A stretch of DNA of 64,000 nucleotides, taken from the NCBI GenBank assembly GCA_003971905.1, contig RSEE01000045.1:62001-126000 (forward strand), in the 5' to 3' direction. Position 1 is the stretch's first letter. The number at the start of each line of letters is the position of its first letter. The notes below the pieces were generated by a model, which did not search any database, was not told the origin of the DNA, and saw nothing but the letters and a program-made list of their open reading frames with translations. Shown here piece by piece: positions 50,091-63,341 of the stretch. The position numbers and the translations under genes are program-made. This DNA comes from Moniliella sp. 'wahieum' (lineage: Eukaryota).

Positions 50091-52943
50091 TCAGTTGCGC
50101 GTCGACGGCGGCGGCGGCGGTCGTCGCCGTGGGGCGAGGAGGGACGTGTCGGATCCGACGCGGTACACCATGGGTTCCAAGCCAGGCGAGGTGCCAGCAG
50201 ATACGGGGGGGGACGGTGCCGGGCGTCGGGCGGGGGGCAGGGGGGAGCTCCTGCGTGGTGGCGTAGGCGACGGCGGACGGACGGGGCGGTGGTAAAGGAG
50301 CCTGAGGTAACGAGCCATTCGAAGTTACCGACGCCACCGAGGCGGCCGAGAGAGAGTTGCGTGTACCTGTGCCCCCGCCAAGCCCACGGCGTCCTGGCCA
50401 GCAGACAGTGGTTCCTCCTCCTCGGGGTTGAACAAGGCGACGGTAGGAGGTGCAGGAGGCGGGCGGTGCGGCTTGTGTTTCGCAGGTTTGGGAGGGCGAG
50501 GCGGAGGAGAAGTGGGCCGGGGGCAGGACGGAGGGATGCACCCGCCCGAAGGGAGCGGGACGGTTTGTTGCTCCGATTGATGGGGGGAGGGAAGGCTTTA
50601 GCGAGATTGACTGGCCGCTGGTCCGCCGGTCGCTGGGTGGAGGCGGCGGTCCCCGGCGCCGCGCACCGCTCGCGCGTCCATAGGTGGTGTGGGGGGGAAG
50701 AAGACAGAGGGGGGAAAGGGAGAGGCGGTGCGATCGACACTCTGCTCTGCAAGCAGGAACGCAGCAGCCGAACGAGGAGCGTCGGTCGCGTCCTTTCTGT
50801 TTTTCCTCCTCGGGATCCAGAGGCGTAGCAGGCCGTGGTGGCTTGTCTCCGCTCCTTCCCGTCCTTTACTATGGGCGGAGAGCAGAACGGGAAGAACGGC
50901 GCACCACCCCCCGGGTCGGTCTTCCGCGACCGAAGAAACAGAGGCCCGACGACGCCGGGTCGATGCCTGTCGCGCCAGTACGCTCGCCCGCCGTCCCAAG
51001 TTGGCAGGGCCGGGGCCACTTGGCTCATCAGATCTTCCATTGGGAGCAAGGGCCGTGGTATCATCAGCATCGCTAGGCCGCAGGCCCGAAGTCGACACAG
51101 CACGTGGCCGACCCTCAGTCGCCGCCTCTTGTTGGTCCTCCGTTGCTTGCAAGTTGGCATTGGCGATCTTTTGTGTCGCTGCATCGGCCTGGGCATGCGC
51201 CTGGGCCAGCGGATCGTCATCGCGTAGCTCGCCCTTGGAATCAGCCCGTTCGCGAACCACCTGAACCAGTTCCTGCACCCGGTGCATCGCTGGTCTAGCG
51301 ACACCTCTTCTGGCAGCGGAGCGCAGAAAGAAGGGTTAGGCGTTGATCCAGTACGGGTGGCTTGGCTTAGGGGACAGAGAGCCGGAAGGGGCGTGTTGCT
51401 TCGGGCATTGACCTTTTCGGGTGTGGGGACACTCTGTGCCAGGAGGAGACACCACTCGGACGAAAGACAACGGTTGCACAGCCTGATCGTGGCCGGGTCC
51501 ATCTCGCGAAACTGCTGTTGGGCCAGAATGCGGAGAAGCAGAGCACGGATTTCGGGCTGTTTTATGAGTTGGCTCGGAGCTGAGTGTTGAGCATGAGCGG
51601 GTGGAGGACGCGAAGATAAGTGTGGCGTAGGGTATCCCGTTCGTCCGGCAAGTCCTGGATTTCGCGAATGAAAATGTCAAGCAGGACCTTGAGGTCGTTG
51701 GTGTAAAAAGAGAGCAAGATCGGGGGTGGTAAAGAGGACATAGAGAAGCTTGAGAATCAAAAGCTGGATGCACATGTCCTCCTCCACGTCGTGGGAGGTG
51801 CGGTTGAGCATAAAGATAATGTTCTCGCTAAATGTTTTGCTGGCGTGCAGGCGTAGGCGAAGCACATTCACCACCAGGTTGGCCTTGGGACGGTGCTGAT
51901 CCGACTTGGTGCGCTTCTGTTGCGACACGCCACTGAGGCCACTGGCGATGGACCCGTTCGACTTGGTAGGGGGGTCAGCCAAAGAGGCAACCATGAATTG
52001 CTCGTTCAGCGCAAGCTGTGATACAGAAGGGTCAGAAGGTGCCGCCGACACTGAAAGTAAGGAGAGACGCACAATGAGAAGAATGACATGGTAGTTGAAG
52101 AACTCGTCTTGCTGGTCCCGGGTTCCTCGACCAGGTCAAACAAATGGTTGATGAACGAGGCCGAGATGCATGCCAGCTGGGACGGGTGCAGAAGTTGAAC
52201 CTTGCAAAGAAGATAAAACAGCTGGACTGCCTTGACGCGCAAGTCAGCCTGAAGTGTTGCAACGTGTGCAGGGAGCACTTCCGATGTGGGTCAGAACCGG
52301 CTGGGTCCTCGCTGTTTTGCGATGGTAGTGAGGCGTGTGGCCAAGCAGGGAGAGTGTCAGAGGTTGCTCTGAGGGGGCTGTTGAGGAGAGCGAGTCAGGT
52401 CCCCGAGTCCCTGGTCACACGGATTGGGGCATGCGCAAGATGGGCTGAGATGGGCCAGATGGAAGCGCCCAAGGAGCGAATAAGTTGAGGATCGGGGCAT
52501 TTGCTTATCCTTCGGTACACGCTGTGGTCCATAGCAGCGAGATGAAGGATGGAGGTGACGGCCATTAGCAACAAGGGCCCGGAGTTCCCTCTTTACGCAG
52601 AAGATCGACAAGCACATCGGCAACGCGGTGCCAGCGCAACTGGCAATAATACGAGCTGCCGATCCGCTCAGCTAGCAGGTCGGCCGCAGCTGGTGTGGGC
52701 AGTATCCTCGATCCTTTGGTCGAGCAACTCATACAGCACGTCAAAGGTGGCGGCAATATTGCGACGCGAAACTGGATCACGGTCGTCCTCGTCGTCAGGA
52801 TCCGGCATGGGCGGGGAGAGGGGGAAAAGGTCGTCCACTTGGGCCCAAAAGAGCGGCTGGTCGAAAGGGGCAACGGGGACGCTGGTATCATCGAGAGCGC
52901 TCACGCGGACAGGGGGAGGAGGGTCGTTGTGTGCCGTGTGCAT
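50091..52943 (-). CDS. LDB17: Ldb17/SPIN90-like endocytic protein with Pro-rich tail; frameshifted
   Basis: [90 protein letters not shown] tail. Confidence 0.85.
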
Positions 52944-53522
52944 GGCGAGCGCGGGGGGAGGGAGGAGGAGGGGGCGCAGGCGGACGGAGCAAGGGGTATG
53001 CGATGGCGATGGCGATGGAGATGGCGATGGCGATGGCGATGGAGACGGAGATGGAGGTGAGATGGCGACGCAGAGCGATCGCCGCCCGCCCCCCCGTTGT
53101 GAACGTCTACGCCGATGCCGCCGCCAACGCCGCATCCACGCGGTGAGTGAGCTGATGGCCGCTGATTGATGGCTGATTGCGCTGATTGAATACTGAGGAG
53201 GCCATCGATCAGCGGCTGTCTGACCGCTGATCATCCACCCACTCCGCCGCCGTCGCTCTCTCTCCGCGCCGGCCAGGGCGAAAGTTGAAATGTGACACGC
53301 AGGGTGGGCTTATCTAATCGCATGCACAGCCCAGGCTGAGTCTCAGCGCGCTGAGCTGATCGCTGATCATCGATCACCCCACTTCACGCGAATACTCAGC
53401 CCCAGGCATGGCACATGCATGCCGCCCCTCCTTGCACCGATGTTCCCCGCACGAGTGTATGCGGGGGGGGGCGGTGACTCTGAAGCGCTCGTCCAGGTCA
53501 CCTGCGCTGCCCTCACAGCCCT

Positions 53523-53553
<31 letters not shown>

Positions 53554-56500
53554 ATGCCCCTCCTCCAGCACATCGAGCGGCAGCAGACGACGCGTGGGTG
53601 GGATCTGCTCAAGTTCTGCGCCGCCACCGACGTGTGTGCTGGCCAGCGCGGTGAGATGGCCGTCTACCGCCGGCCACGGCTGGTGGTGCGCGTCCGCACC
53701 GGCACCTGCACCCAACCGTCAGCGTCGTTGGCGTCGTCGGCGGCCGCGCCTGCGGTGGGAACCGGCCTGGGAGCTGGCTGGACCGAGTGCGAATCGCTGG
53801 TGGTGGATGTGCACTGGATTGTGGATGAGTCTCGGGTGGACGCTGTGCCTGCGCAGCTTGTGCGTCCCCCCCCCCCCCCGTTTACCAGACGCGGCCCCGC
53901 CTGCCCAGGCTGATGGCTGACCCTCCAGAGCCACAGGAGCACGTAGACCTCCAGCTGCTCTTGCGCGAATCGCAGCACGGCTATCGGTCGAGATGTCTGC
54001 CTCACAACCAACCACGTCTCTTGCGCGCCGCGCATCACCGGCTGTGGTCAAGATCTGTGCGCATGTCGTCTCCCTCCGCTACAACCAGCGCGACGGCCAG
54101 CAGCGCCGGACCGAGTTGCACTTTGGCAGTCCCCAGGACGCAGATCAGTTTCTGGCCAGCATCCAGGTAGGTCCTGTTTCCAATGCGCTGTCACGGCGCT
54201 GCAGATGCAAGCCGGCCATGCGACAGGAGGCCTGGTCGCAGTGGCGGATGCGGTTGCGGCCGCTGGACGGTGAGAGCCGGGCACTGACGGATTGGCTTGC
54301 ACTTGCTCTGCATGACACCAGGACGCATGTGCGGTGACGCGGGTGCCGTCGTGGCGGTACGATCAGCTGAGGGCACAGCAGGCCCGCCGTGTCCGCTCCC
54401 GTACCGCCGCCCCGGTGCGTCCGCAGTCGGCATTCACCCGCGCCCGCACCGCCCACCCCGACCGCCACTCTGGGCCAGCGCCAGCAGCCTCGGCCTCTCT
54501 TCTTCGCAGCCGGCGGCCTGCCATACCCCGAGCTACGCAGAGCGCCCATGTCCCCCGCTCGGCCGCCTGGGGAAGCCAGGAGCCCTGGGCGCAGGCGACC
54601 TCTTTACCCAGTCGCCGCCAGCCCGCCAGTACCGCCGCCCAGCCGGTCCCGTCGCATGGAACGGTCCCCCCGACCGCCGAACGCCCCGCTGTTGATGCTG
54701 GACGTGGAAATCTGCCCTCTCATGCCCCATCCCTCCTCCAGCAACCGCAGGCCGGCATCCGCCCCCTCTTGCCCGCCGCGCGAAGCGCGCAACAACGCAA
54801 GTCCCCCCTCGCCCGCCCTCTCTCGCCACCGTCCTCAGCAGCGTTCATCTCGCATCATGCTGCGCCCCCCGCGCCCCCCGCCCCCGCGCCTTCCCCCCAG
54901 ACCAAACACAACTCGTCAGCGCTATGGGCCGTAGCCCTGGATCTGCACCGCGCCGGACCCAAAGCAGAACCCAGCGGCTCACAACTTGGTCACCTTCCCA
55001 CCCCGACCAGGCCCCAGTAGACGCACCTCAGCATGCCAAACCTTGTCACTTGGCTTCACCGAATGCATCAGACTCTCAACCTCCGCCCCAACCCAACCGC
55101 GTTTCCCTCAAACACGGGACAAGATTACGCCAGCCATTGCGAGACCTGTGCCTCCCTTCCGCGGGTTTCTGCCACGACGAATGTAAAGACCCTTGAACAG
55201 AGACAAGAGACACGACCGAAGGTTGAGATCGTCCCTAAAGTGTCTGCGCCAGTGTCTTCTGCGCTTCCTCTGCCTCCTGCTTCCCAGTCCACGAAACAGA
55301 CCGCAAAACAGGTGGGAAACAAACCGTGGAAACAGACCATTCCAAAGTCTCCGACACATCATAAGCCTTCCACATTTCGACCTCCTGTTTCGTGACGGAT
55401 CGGGGCTCTTCAGAGACCCCTATGCCAGAACGGCGCGGAGGTTGTGCTCCCCATGCGTTACCGGCACAATCCGGGTTTCCACAGCCTGCCTCCGTGAAGA
55501 ACGTCCATTAAACCCAGAACCCAGCACCTATTGGGCACGGATGCGAACCCTCCCCACAAGCAGTAGTCTGTGGGCATCATAGAGCCTGTGCCCGCACACG
55601 ACGATCCTCCAGCGACCCCCATGGCGTGCAAAGCAGTGACCAACTCCTCTGGTCCAACCGCGGCCTGCTCGTCCGGGTCAGAGCCTCTTGCCCCACCCCG
55701 CGCACCAGTTGCAACTCCCGTTCGTGCACCAAGCACTCTGGAGTCTCCGGCTCTGCCTCTCAATACGGGCATGACACATCTCCCTGCTCACCGGCCTCGT
55801 CCACCTTCGGCGGAAAGAACAGGGATCCTGTAGTGCATGATGATTCCCCAACACAGTGGGAGAAGCCATCGTCCCGTCGTCATCCCAACAAGAGGCCCCT
55901 TGCGGCCCACCTAACGCACTGCGGCCCTCATCTCTTGGAGACACCGGGACAGACCTGCGCGATTCGCGTCCGACGAGCTCCCCCCTTCCCACCCTCCCCT
56001 CGCACCCACGTCTCCAACCGTTCCACCGCCCCCACCGCTATTACTGCTTCCACCGCTCTTACCGCCCCCACCCTTCCCACCGTACCTAGCCTTCCCACCG
56101 CTCCCACTGCTCCCACCGCTCCGATCGTTCCCATCGCACCGATCGTTGCTCCCTGCGCTCCCTGCGCTCCCTCCTCTCCCATCGCTCCCACCGTTCCCCC
56201 CACGCTCCCATCGCTCCCACCGATTCGACCGCTCCGACCGCTCCGACCGCTCCGACCGCTCCCACCTCTGCCGCTCCCACTCTGCTGCTCCGTGTCTAGC
56301 ACCCGCTGCCCGTGGGCACATCGTCCCAAACACCAGGCACCTCTCAACGAAGCGCTGATCCAGTCCCGGCAACCAACGGGAGCCAGAAGCGCACATCGCC
56401 CGTACCGGACACTATTGCGTCCGGACAAAGCAACAAGCGAGCGTGTCCTTCCTCTTCCCCTTCTTTGACTGTACCAACCAGTGCCCCCCCTCTGCCCCTA

Positions 56501-57346
56501 GCGGGCCAGAGGCAAGGGATGAACGCCCAGCAACCTCGCCGCCTCCCCCCTCAGCGGACCTACCCCACGTGCGTGGCCACCATTCCCACTCTTCCCGCCG
56601 CTCCCGCCGCTCCATTCATCCCCCACGCTCCGATCGTTCCCACTGCTCCCATCGCTCCCATCGCTCCCACGGCTCCCACGGCTCCCACTGCTCTCACCGC
56701 TCCCACGGCTCCCACCTCTGCTGCTCCATGTCTAGCACCGTTGCCCGTGGGCACATCGTCCCAACACTGGACACCTCTCTACGGAGCGCTGATCCAGTCC
56801 CAGCGACCAACGGGAGCCAGAAGCGCCGTCGCCCGTACCGGACAACACTACTGCGTCGGGGAAGAAAGCAACAAGCGCGCGTGTCCTTCCTCTTCCCGTT
56901 CTTTGACTGTACCAGCCAGTGCGCGCCCCCTCTGCCTCTGGCGGGCCGTTGTGGTAAGAGACGAACGCCCGGCAACCTCGCCGCCTGCCCCCTCAGTGGG
57001 GCCTACGCCCACGTGTGTGCCTCCTCTGCCGACATCCTCAGTCCAACCCGTGTCGCACAGCGTACCGCAGCACGAGGCACACTGCGAGCCGAGCTGGACG
57101 ATGCAACGGTGCTGCGGCGCTGTGCTAGCGTTGGGGCTGGGACCGAGCATGGACCCGTGGCCGTATGTGCCCGAGTTATGTGCGCTGGCCGGGGTGGAGG
57201 AAAGAGAGGAGCGAGCTAGTTCCACCAGCTGTGTTAACAGCCCAGCGTCACCAAGGCCATCAAGCCAACCTTCGCCTGTGCCGTCCGTGGTGGCCGTAGT
57301 GCCTACGGGGGTTACTGGGACTACCGAGGAGACTGCGCGGCGGTAG
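53554..57346 (+). CDS. Probable Rec114-like meiotic DSB protein (N-terminal PH-like domain, very long low-complexity region)
   Basis: WDLLKFC, RPRLVVRV, LVVDVHW, EHVDLQLL, VVSLRY..RRTELHFGSPQDADQFLASI and CRCK resemble recalled fungal Rec114 signature motifs. C-terminal boundary uncertain. Confidence 0.5.
56030..57021 (+). repeat. Internal ~440-bp tandem duplication containing a 9-bp (CCCACCGCT-like) minisatellite
   Basis: 56273-56578 aligns with about 56710-57021 (e.g. GTGGGCACATCGTCCCAA and CCAACGGGAGCCAGAAGCGC each occur twice). TAP-type repeats precede each copy. Confidence 0.9.
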
Positions 57347-58620
57347 CGAGCCCCGGGGCAACCGGACGACACCCCGCGCCACTGAGCAAGGCCAGATGAC
57401 GGTTGACCAGGCGCGCAGCACACTTTGGGTATGCTACTTTGTGTTTGCTGCGCTCAGCGATCGAGGGGGACTGGCGGCCGTTGGTAGGTATGGGGTGGGG
57501 GTACCGGGAACAGGTGCCGTGGATCTTATTTGGACGTGTTGGGAGCCGAGTTTGATACTGGTATGTTGGGTCCCTTGCGCCCCGATTGGTTCCCAAGCGC
57601 ATGTGGAGGGGAAGATGAGTGGGGTGTGTGCGTGTGGGTAACGCGCTAACAAGGCATGTTTGAATGCTGTGCTTCTTGTGGCGATGTAGGTCGAACGGTT
57701 TGCGGTCAGGTTGGCGCAGGCCATCGCCGAGGCTCACACCTAACGCGGAACCCCCCCCCCCCGCCCTTTTCTCTCGCCTTCCCGACCGCTGCCGACGTAC
57801 TAGGGCTGCAGGTGAAGAAGGGAGAGGGCGCCGCGGCCCATCGCCAAGCTGCTTTCCTATAGCACCCTTCCGCTTTGGAGGGCCGAGGCAGGCGGTAGGA
57901 TGCGGATTGGATCGACTCCCTACTGTGTTGTACAAGGATTGGACTCTGTACTATTGTCCTTCGAATGTTGAACAGGTTGAGAAAGCGTGAATGAGCCGTT
58001 TGCCGTGGGTGCCTGTGCCGGGTCGGAGCAGCGACGTGGACGAACGGAGTGAGAGCATGTGGGAGAACCCCGATGATCGGTGGCATGATGACACCTCGAA
58101 ACAAAAGCAAGCAACGCCCAACAACCCACCTACCCTCTCTACGTTCTGGCCAATCCAAATTCTACCGCAGTTACTATACAGATATAAAAAAGAGCTACTA
58201 CAAATGCGACACGAAAGCTAGGATGATTAATACAGCTCACCTCGCGGACCCCACGCCGCTACAACTACCCACCCAAGCGCTAAGGTACAGGCCCATACGA
58301 TGTGTCCATAGTGCAGAGAGCAGAAACCCATCCGGGAACAGAATGGACAGAGGCACAAAGAATGGGCGGGAGACAAGGGTGGGTAGCGAGAAGCATGGGG
58401 GGGCGAAGTGGGTGAGCGGCGAAGAGGCGAAGGAAGCGAAGAAGCGAGGAGGCGAAGTGGCGAAAGTGGAGTTATAACCAAGTGAGGCAACGATTTGCGA
58501 TGCATAGGCAGGAGGAGAGTAAAGGAGGGTGTGAAGGGAGAAAAGAGTGAGAGTAAGCGAAAGTGCATGGAGGGGGATTAGGCCTTAGGAAGGGAAGGCA
58601 ACAATGGTGGTTGCTTCCCT

Positions 58621-61600
58621 TTAGCGGTTGGAGAAGCGGAGGTACTTGGTGCACAACATGCAGACCGCAATGTTGAACAGGATGAAGGCCGACTCGTCTA
58701 AAGGGGGAGGCACAAGTCAGTGGCTCGGTAGGTGGAGACAAAGAGACAAAAAAGAGGTAAAGGGGATAAGAGAAACGAAACGTACAGCCAAAGTATGCGG
58801 CACGGTTGCCGGCCGAGATGGTAAGGGGAATAAAGAACTCGTCGCCCACCTTGAGAGAGCAGTAGTGGCAGTCCGAGGTGGCCGATGGGTTTTCCAGGTA
58901 CCCGCCAACTTCTTTGATGTAGTTGCCCATCCACATGTCGCATGTCTGGTTTGCTGGCGGGCTGACAACGGCAAATTCGCTCGCGCTGCAGTGGACAGGT
59001 TGTTTGTGGAACTGGTTCGAGATAAGCGAAGCAATAGGAAGCTGTACAAACACGAAAAAGGTCAGTTCCCAGCTCAATCCAAACCCCCACAAGAGCGCCA
59101 CAAAAAACACGTACCGAATGGGATTAACATTGTAGAGGAACTGGAAAAGATGCGGTTGTCATCTGGGGCGGAGGCACCATGACAACCGCAAGTGAGCGAG
59201 AGAATTAGAGTGAGGAAAGGCACAAAGAGCTGGGCAATGTACACCGAAGGGCAGAAGGGGCAATCATGGCGCCCACAGTGACCGAGAAGGCTTCCGTCAT
59301 GAGCGACATGACAAAGAAGAAGCCGGCACGGTTGCTGTTGGGGTCAAAGCCCACCATGTAGTAGAGAAGCAGGAAGAAGACCAGAGCGCAGGCAATTCCG
59401 TAGGGAATCTCCGAAATGAGTTGCGTGAGCGCAAACACGTCCCGCCTGAACTCTTACTCGTCTCCTCGCGAATCCAGACGGAACGGTTGGTGATCCAGAA
59501 GGGCATGATTTGCGCAATGATAATGGCCGGAATGACAGCAAGCATGAACAGCGCGAACACCATGTACTGCACCGCTTCGACCGTGTGCTTGAGGCGAAGC
59601 ATAAGCGACCAGTCAACAACGCAAACGCCATGTGCTGGATGATACGCGTGTACTGGTAACTGGGCTGGCGCCACGTCGAGCGCATGGTGCGCTGCAGAAC
59701 AACCAGGAATTGGGTCTTGAACGAAGCCGCGTATTCACGCGTCGCAACCGTCGGGGCAGGCTTGGCAGCGCCCTCGGCGTTGATCTCAGCAATCTGCCGC
59801 AAGTTGTCCTGGTACAGATCTGACTCCTTGTACCACTCTGCCCAGTCCTTGGGACCCATGCGGGGCTGCGAACCGGCACCAATCGCGTCCAGCATAAACT
59901 CGGCCGGGTTGGCGTCATGCGGGGGGAGCGCCACGCTGAGCAAAGTAATCCAAATGTCCTGGGCATCGTGACCAATGGGGCCAAAGTAAACCACCTGGCC
60001 ACCGCGTTGCAACAGCAAAAGACGGTCAAACTGCTCAAACAGCAGAGCCGAAGGTTGGTGGATCGTGCGAGAATCGTCATACCATTGTCGGCCCAGCTTG
60101 CGCAGAGACGGCAAATCGTGTAGGCCGACTGACCATCCAGACCCGAAGTAGGCTCATCCAAGAAGCACAGCATCGATGGCTTGGCGCGCCAACTCAACGC
60201 CAATTGTCACGCGCTTGCGGTCACCAACACCAAGACCAAAGCCGGGGAAACACAATGATGGCATCGGCCAAGTCGTTGAGCTCAAGCATCTCGATAATGT
60301 CCTCGACGTATGGTCCTTGGCTTCCTTGCGACATCCGCCGGTTGACGCAGGTACGCCGAAAACCGGAACGCCTCCCGAACACTGCACATGGGCTCGTGAA
60401 TGTCTTGCTGCTCGGCGTACCCACACTGGCGCTGGAACGAAAGATCAATGGGCTTGCCCTCGATCAACCGGTCGCCCTCAATCACACCAATAGTCTTCCG
60501 GTCGGCCAAAACATCCAGCAAAGTCGTCTTACCCGCACCCGAAGAACCCATCAGGGCCGTCATGGTACCGGGCTTGACAAATCCATCGACCGAATCCAGC
60601 AAAAGCCGGTGGCCACCCTTGACAGGCACCGTGTACTTGAGGTTGGACCAGGTAAAGGCTTGACCCTCCACATCCAGAACCAAGTCGTCCTGTTCCTCCT
60701 TGCTCTCCATACGGGCTTCCTTACGCGTCTTCAAGCGCTCGTCACGGGCCTTCTCATCCTTCGAAGGGGGCTTGGTAACGGTCAACGCAGCCGCAAACGA
60801 ACCTTGAGTTTGCACCTCCACGGCCAAACATCCCATTCCGACGAACCCAGCCAAAAAGGCAAAAAGGATACCAATGTTGCGCCACATCTGCCCCTCCTTG
60901 TACTGGAACTGGGCAGTGAGGTAGGTCATGCCGTCCACGATCGGGTTGCCAGGAACAGCACCCGCCACATTGCAGATTTGGTTGGGCGTGAGATGGGTGG
61001 GGTAACCAGGGCCACTAGGGACCAAGGACGAACCAGCGCAAGTGAATTTCTGGTGCCGGAACTCATTGATCATAAGAGCGCTGAAGGCGTAGTAGACGGC
61101 TGAGAGAAAGAAAAAAAAATGAAGGTTAGTAGGCGAAGGCAAGACAAAGACGAGATGAAGTGAACGTACGGTTCAAGTAACTGATCCAGTAATTCCACCG
61201 CGGCATCTTGTTCTGCGGCATCACATATCCAGCCCAAAGGACGAGCATGGAGATGATAACAGCTGCAAGACGCGCGGCACCGAAGAAGTTGCGGCTCACA
61301 ACCCCAAAGAAGGAGAAGAGAGCACGGAATGCGTAGTAACTGACAATAACTGCCAACCACGCCGTCCAGAAAGCCGCAGCATTCAAACCTAGAATCAGAA
61401 CAAAAATATCAGTAGATGGTCCACACAAAAAAGAAGAAGAAACGGAAAAAAAACGTACGAAGACCAGCCATGAAGTAGATGATGATGACGAAGAGCGTCA
61501 CACGCGGGATACCAAAGGGCATGTCGGCACACAGACCCGCCACGAACGAAGCCGACGGACGGTAAAACGCAAAGGAAGTTTGACGAGCCAGGATTGGGGA

Positions 61601-63341
61601 CCGAGCATTTGCACCGGAAGTTCCGAAAACGAAGTGAGGGAGTTGAACAGAAGCATCATGAACAGCGCACCGCCACGGGTGAAGATGCCCGAAGTGAGTT
61701 CCGGTTGCTTGAAGAACATACCACCAGCAATGAGGGCAATGATGGTCGAGGTAACGTACGACATGAAGATATCAAACGGATCACCGAGCTGCATCTGCAT
61801 TTGGCGAATAAAGATGGCATGCACCTGCAGCGGGTAAGAGACGACATACTTAGACCTGGACGAAACACCGGCGTGCTTCTGATCCTTGACAGCAGCACGG
61901 AACTCGTCCTGGTTGACCTTGAGCTCAGCCTGAACCTGAGCATCGTAGTCGTCCCGGTCAGACAGGGTACGCTTGTAAATGTCGCTAGCTTCGAAAGCAG
62001 CCTCCATCGCCTCGGGCGTAGTGGGCACAGTGGCCGGGTCGACGCCCTTAGCAAAGGCGCGGGTCTGGGGGTCCGTGCAGGAGGTGATCCAGTCGGCCGA
62101 AGTGGACCGCGGGCGGTCGAGGAAGCCCATGTTGATAAAGTACTGCCGGGCCTCGTCCCGCGGGCCATAGTACATGCAACGGCCCTCGTCAATGACAAGC
62201 ACCTTGTCACACTGGTTGAAGATGCCCTCGGAAGCCTGGTACACCGTCACAAACGACGTGGTTTGAGTCATGTCGGTCAAGATACGAATCGACTTGGCAT
62301 AGTCCAACGCCGTCGAAGCGTCCAGACCACGGGTGGAGTTGTCCCAAGCCATGACAGAGGCGCCGGCCGTCAACACCTCCAGAATCGACACACGCTTCCG
62401 CTCACCCCGACACACCGCGGACGGTGGCCGAACCGACAAGGGTATCCTTGGTGTGCGAAATGTTGACCATCTTGAGAAGTGTGTCGCGCATCATGGCGCG
62501 GAACTCGGCCCTGGTGTACCCAGGCAGGGGGGTGCGGTGGCTCTTAAGGCGCAGCGCAAAGTCAAGCGTGCGGCCGACAGTAAGGGTGGCAAGATGGTTG
62601 TCATCCTCCTCCGAATACAGGACTTCACCTTGGTAGCGCTTGCCCATTTCCTTGGCGGGAATGCCACCATAGGAAACCTCACCGTCCACGGCAATAAAGC
62701 CTTCCCGACGGTTGGCAATCGACTGAAGGAATGGGAGCAGCCAGCACCGGGGCGACCAATGACCAGCACCATCTCACCAGGCCGAGCACAGCCTTGGAAG
62801 TTCTGGAGAATGAAACGCTCCTTGGGAGCAAAAGGGTCGTAGCCAAACAGCTTGCACAGGTCGACAAGGGGGCCAATAACCTCAAACAGAGCCATCGAAG
62901 GGATGGTGGGCACGTTCATGTCGGTACTGCTCGGAGCGGGACGGCAAGATCATGCCAACTGACACCAAGCGCCTTGCGCTTCCACCCGACCGACTCGGCT
63001 TCGGGCTGGATCGTGCCGATAAACTCGCGGAGGTCGAAGGGGACATACTCGTCCGCATCGGCAGTGCCCCCCGCCGCCTTCTCCACATCGGTCGCCTTGA
63101 CATTTTTCGCTCTCCTCGAGGGCAGTGGCATTACTGGAACGACGAGTGTGGGTGGTGCGGCCGCCGGCCGAGGTGACGCGGGTAAGCTCGGCCTTGGCAG
63201 CGTCAACGTCCACGTGGTGTTCGTCGGCGGGGGGCTGTGGTCAACGTAGGGGTGGGTGTGGCCATAGTCGCGGTCGCGGGCGGCCACGTTGGCCGACTCG
63301 GCGTGGATGCGCGACGAGACGGGCGCGAGATCGACACCCAT
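58621..63341 (-). CDS. Full-size PDR-family (ABCG) multidrug transporter, Snq2/Afr1-like; introns and frameshifts
   Basis: NBD1: [43 protein letters not shown]2: [43 protein letters not shown] loop motifs ALMINEF and WRNIGI. Ends [13 protein letters not shown]. Confidence 0.96.

Noticed and set aside
49601..51502. 633-aa and 563-aa long ORFs as separate novel or overlapping genes
   Set aside because: They are explained by frameshifted LDB17 and TRS130 tails plus the scarcity of stops in GC-rich DNA.
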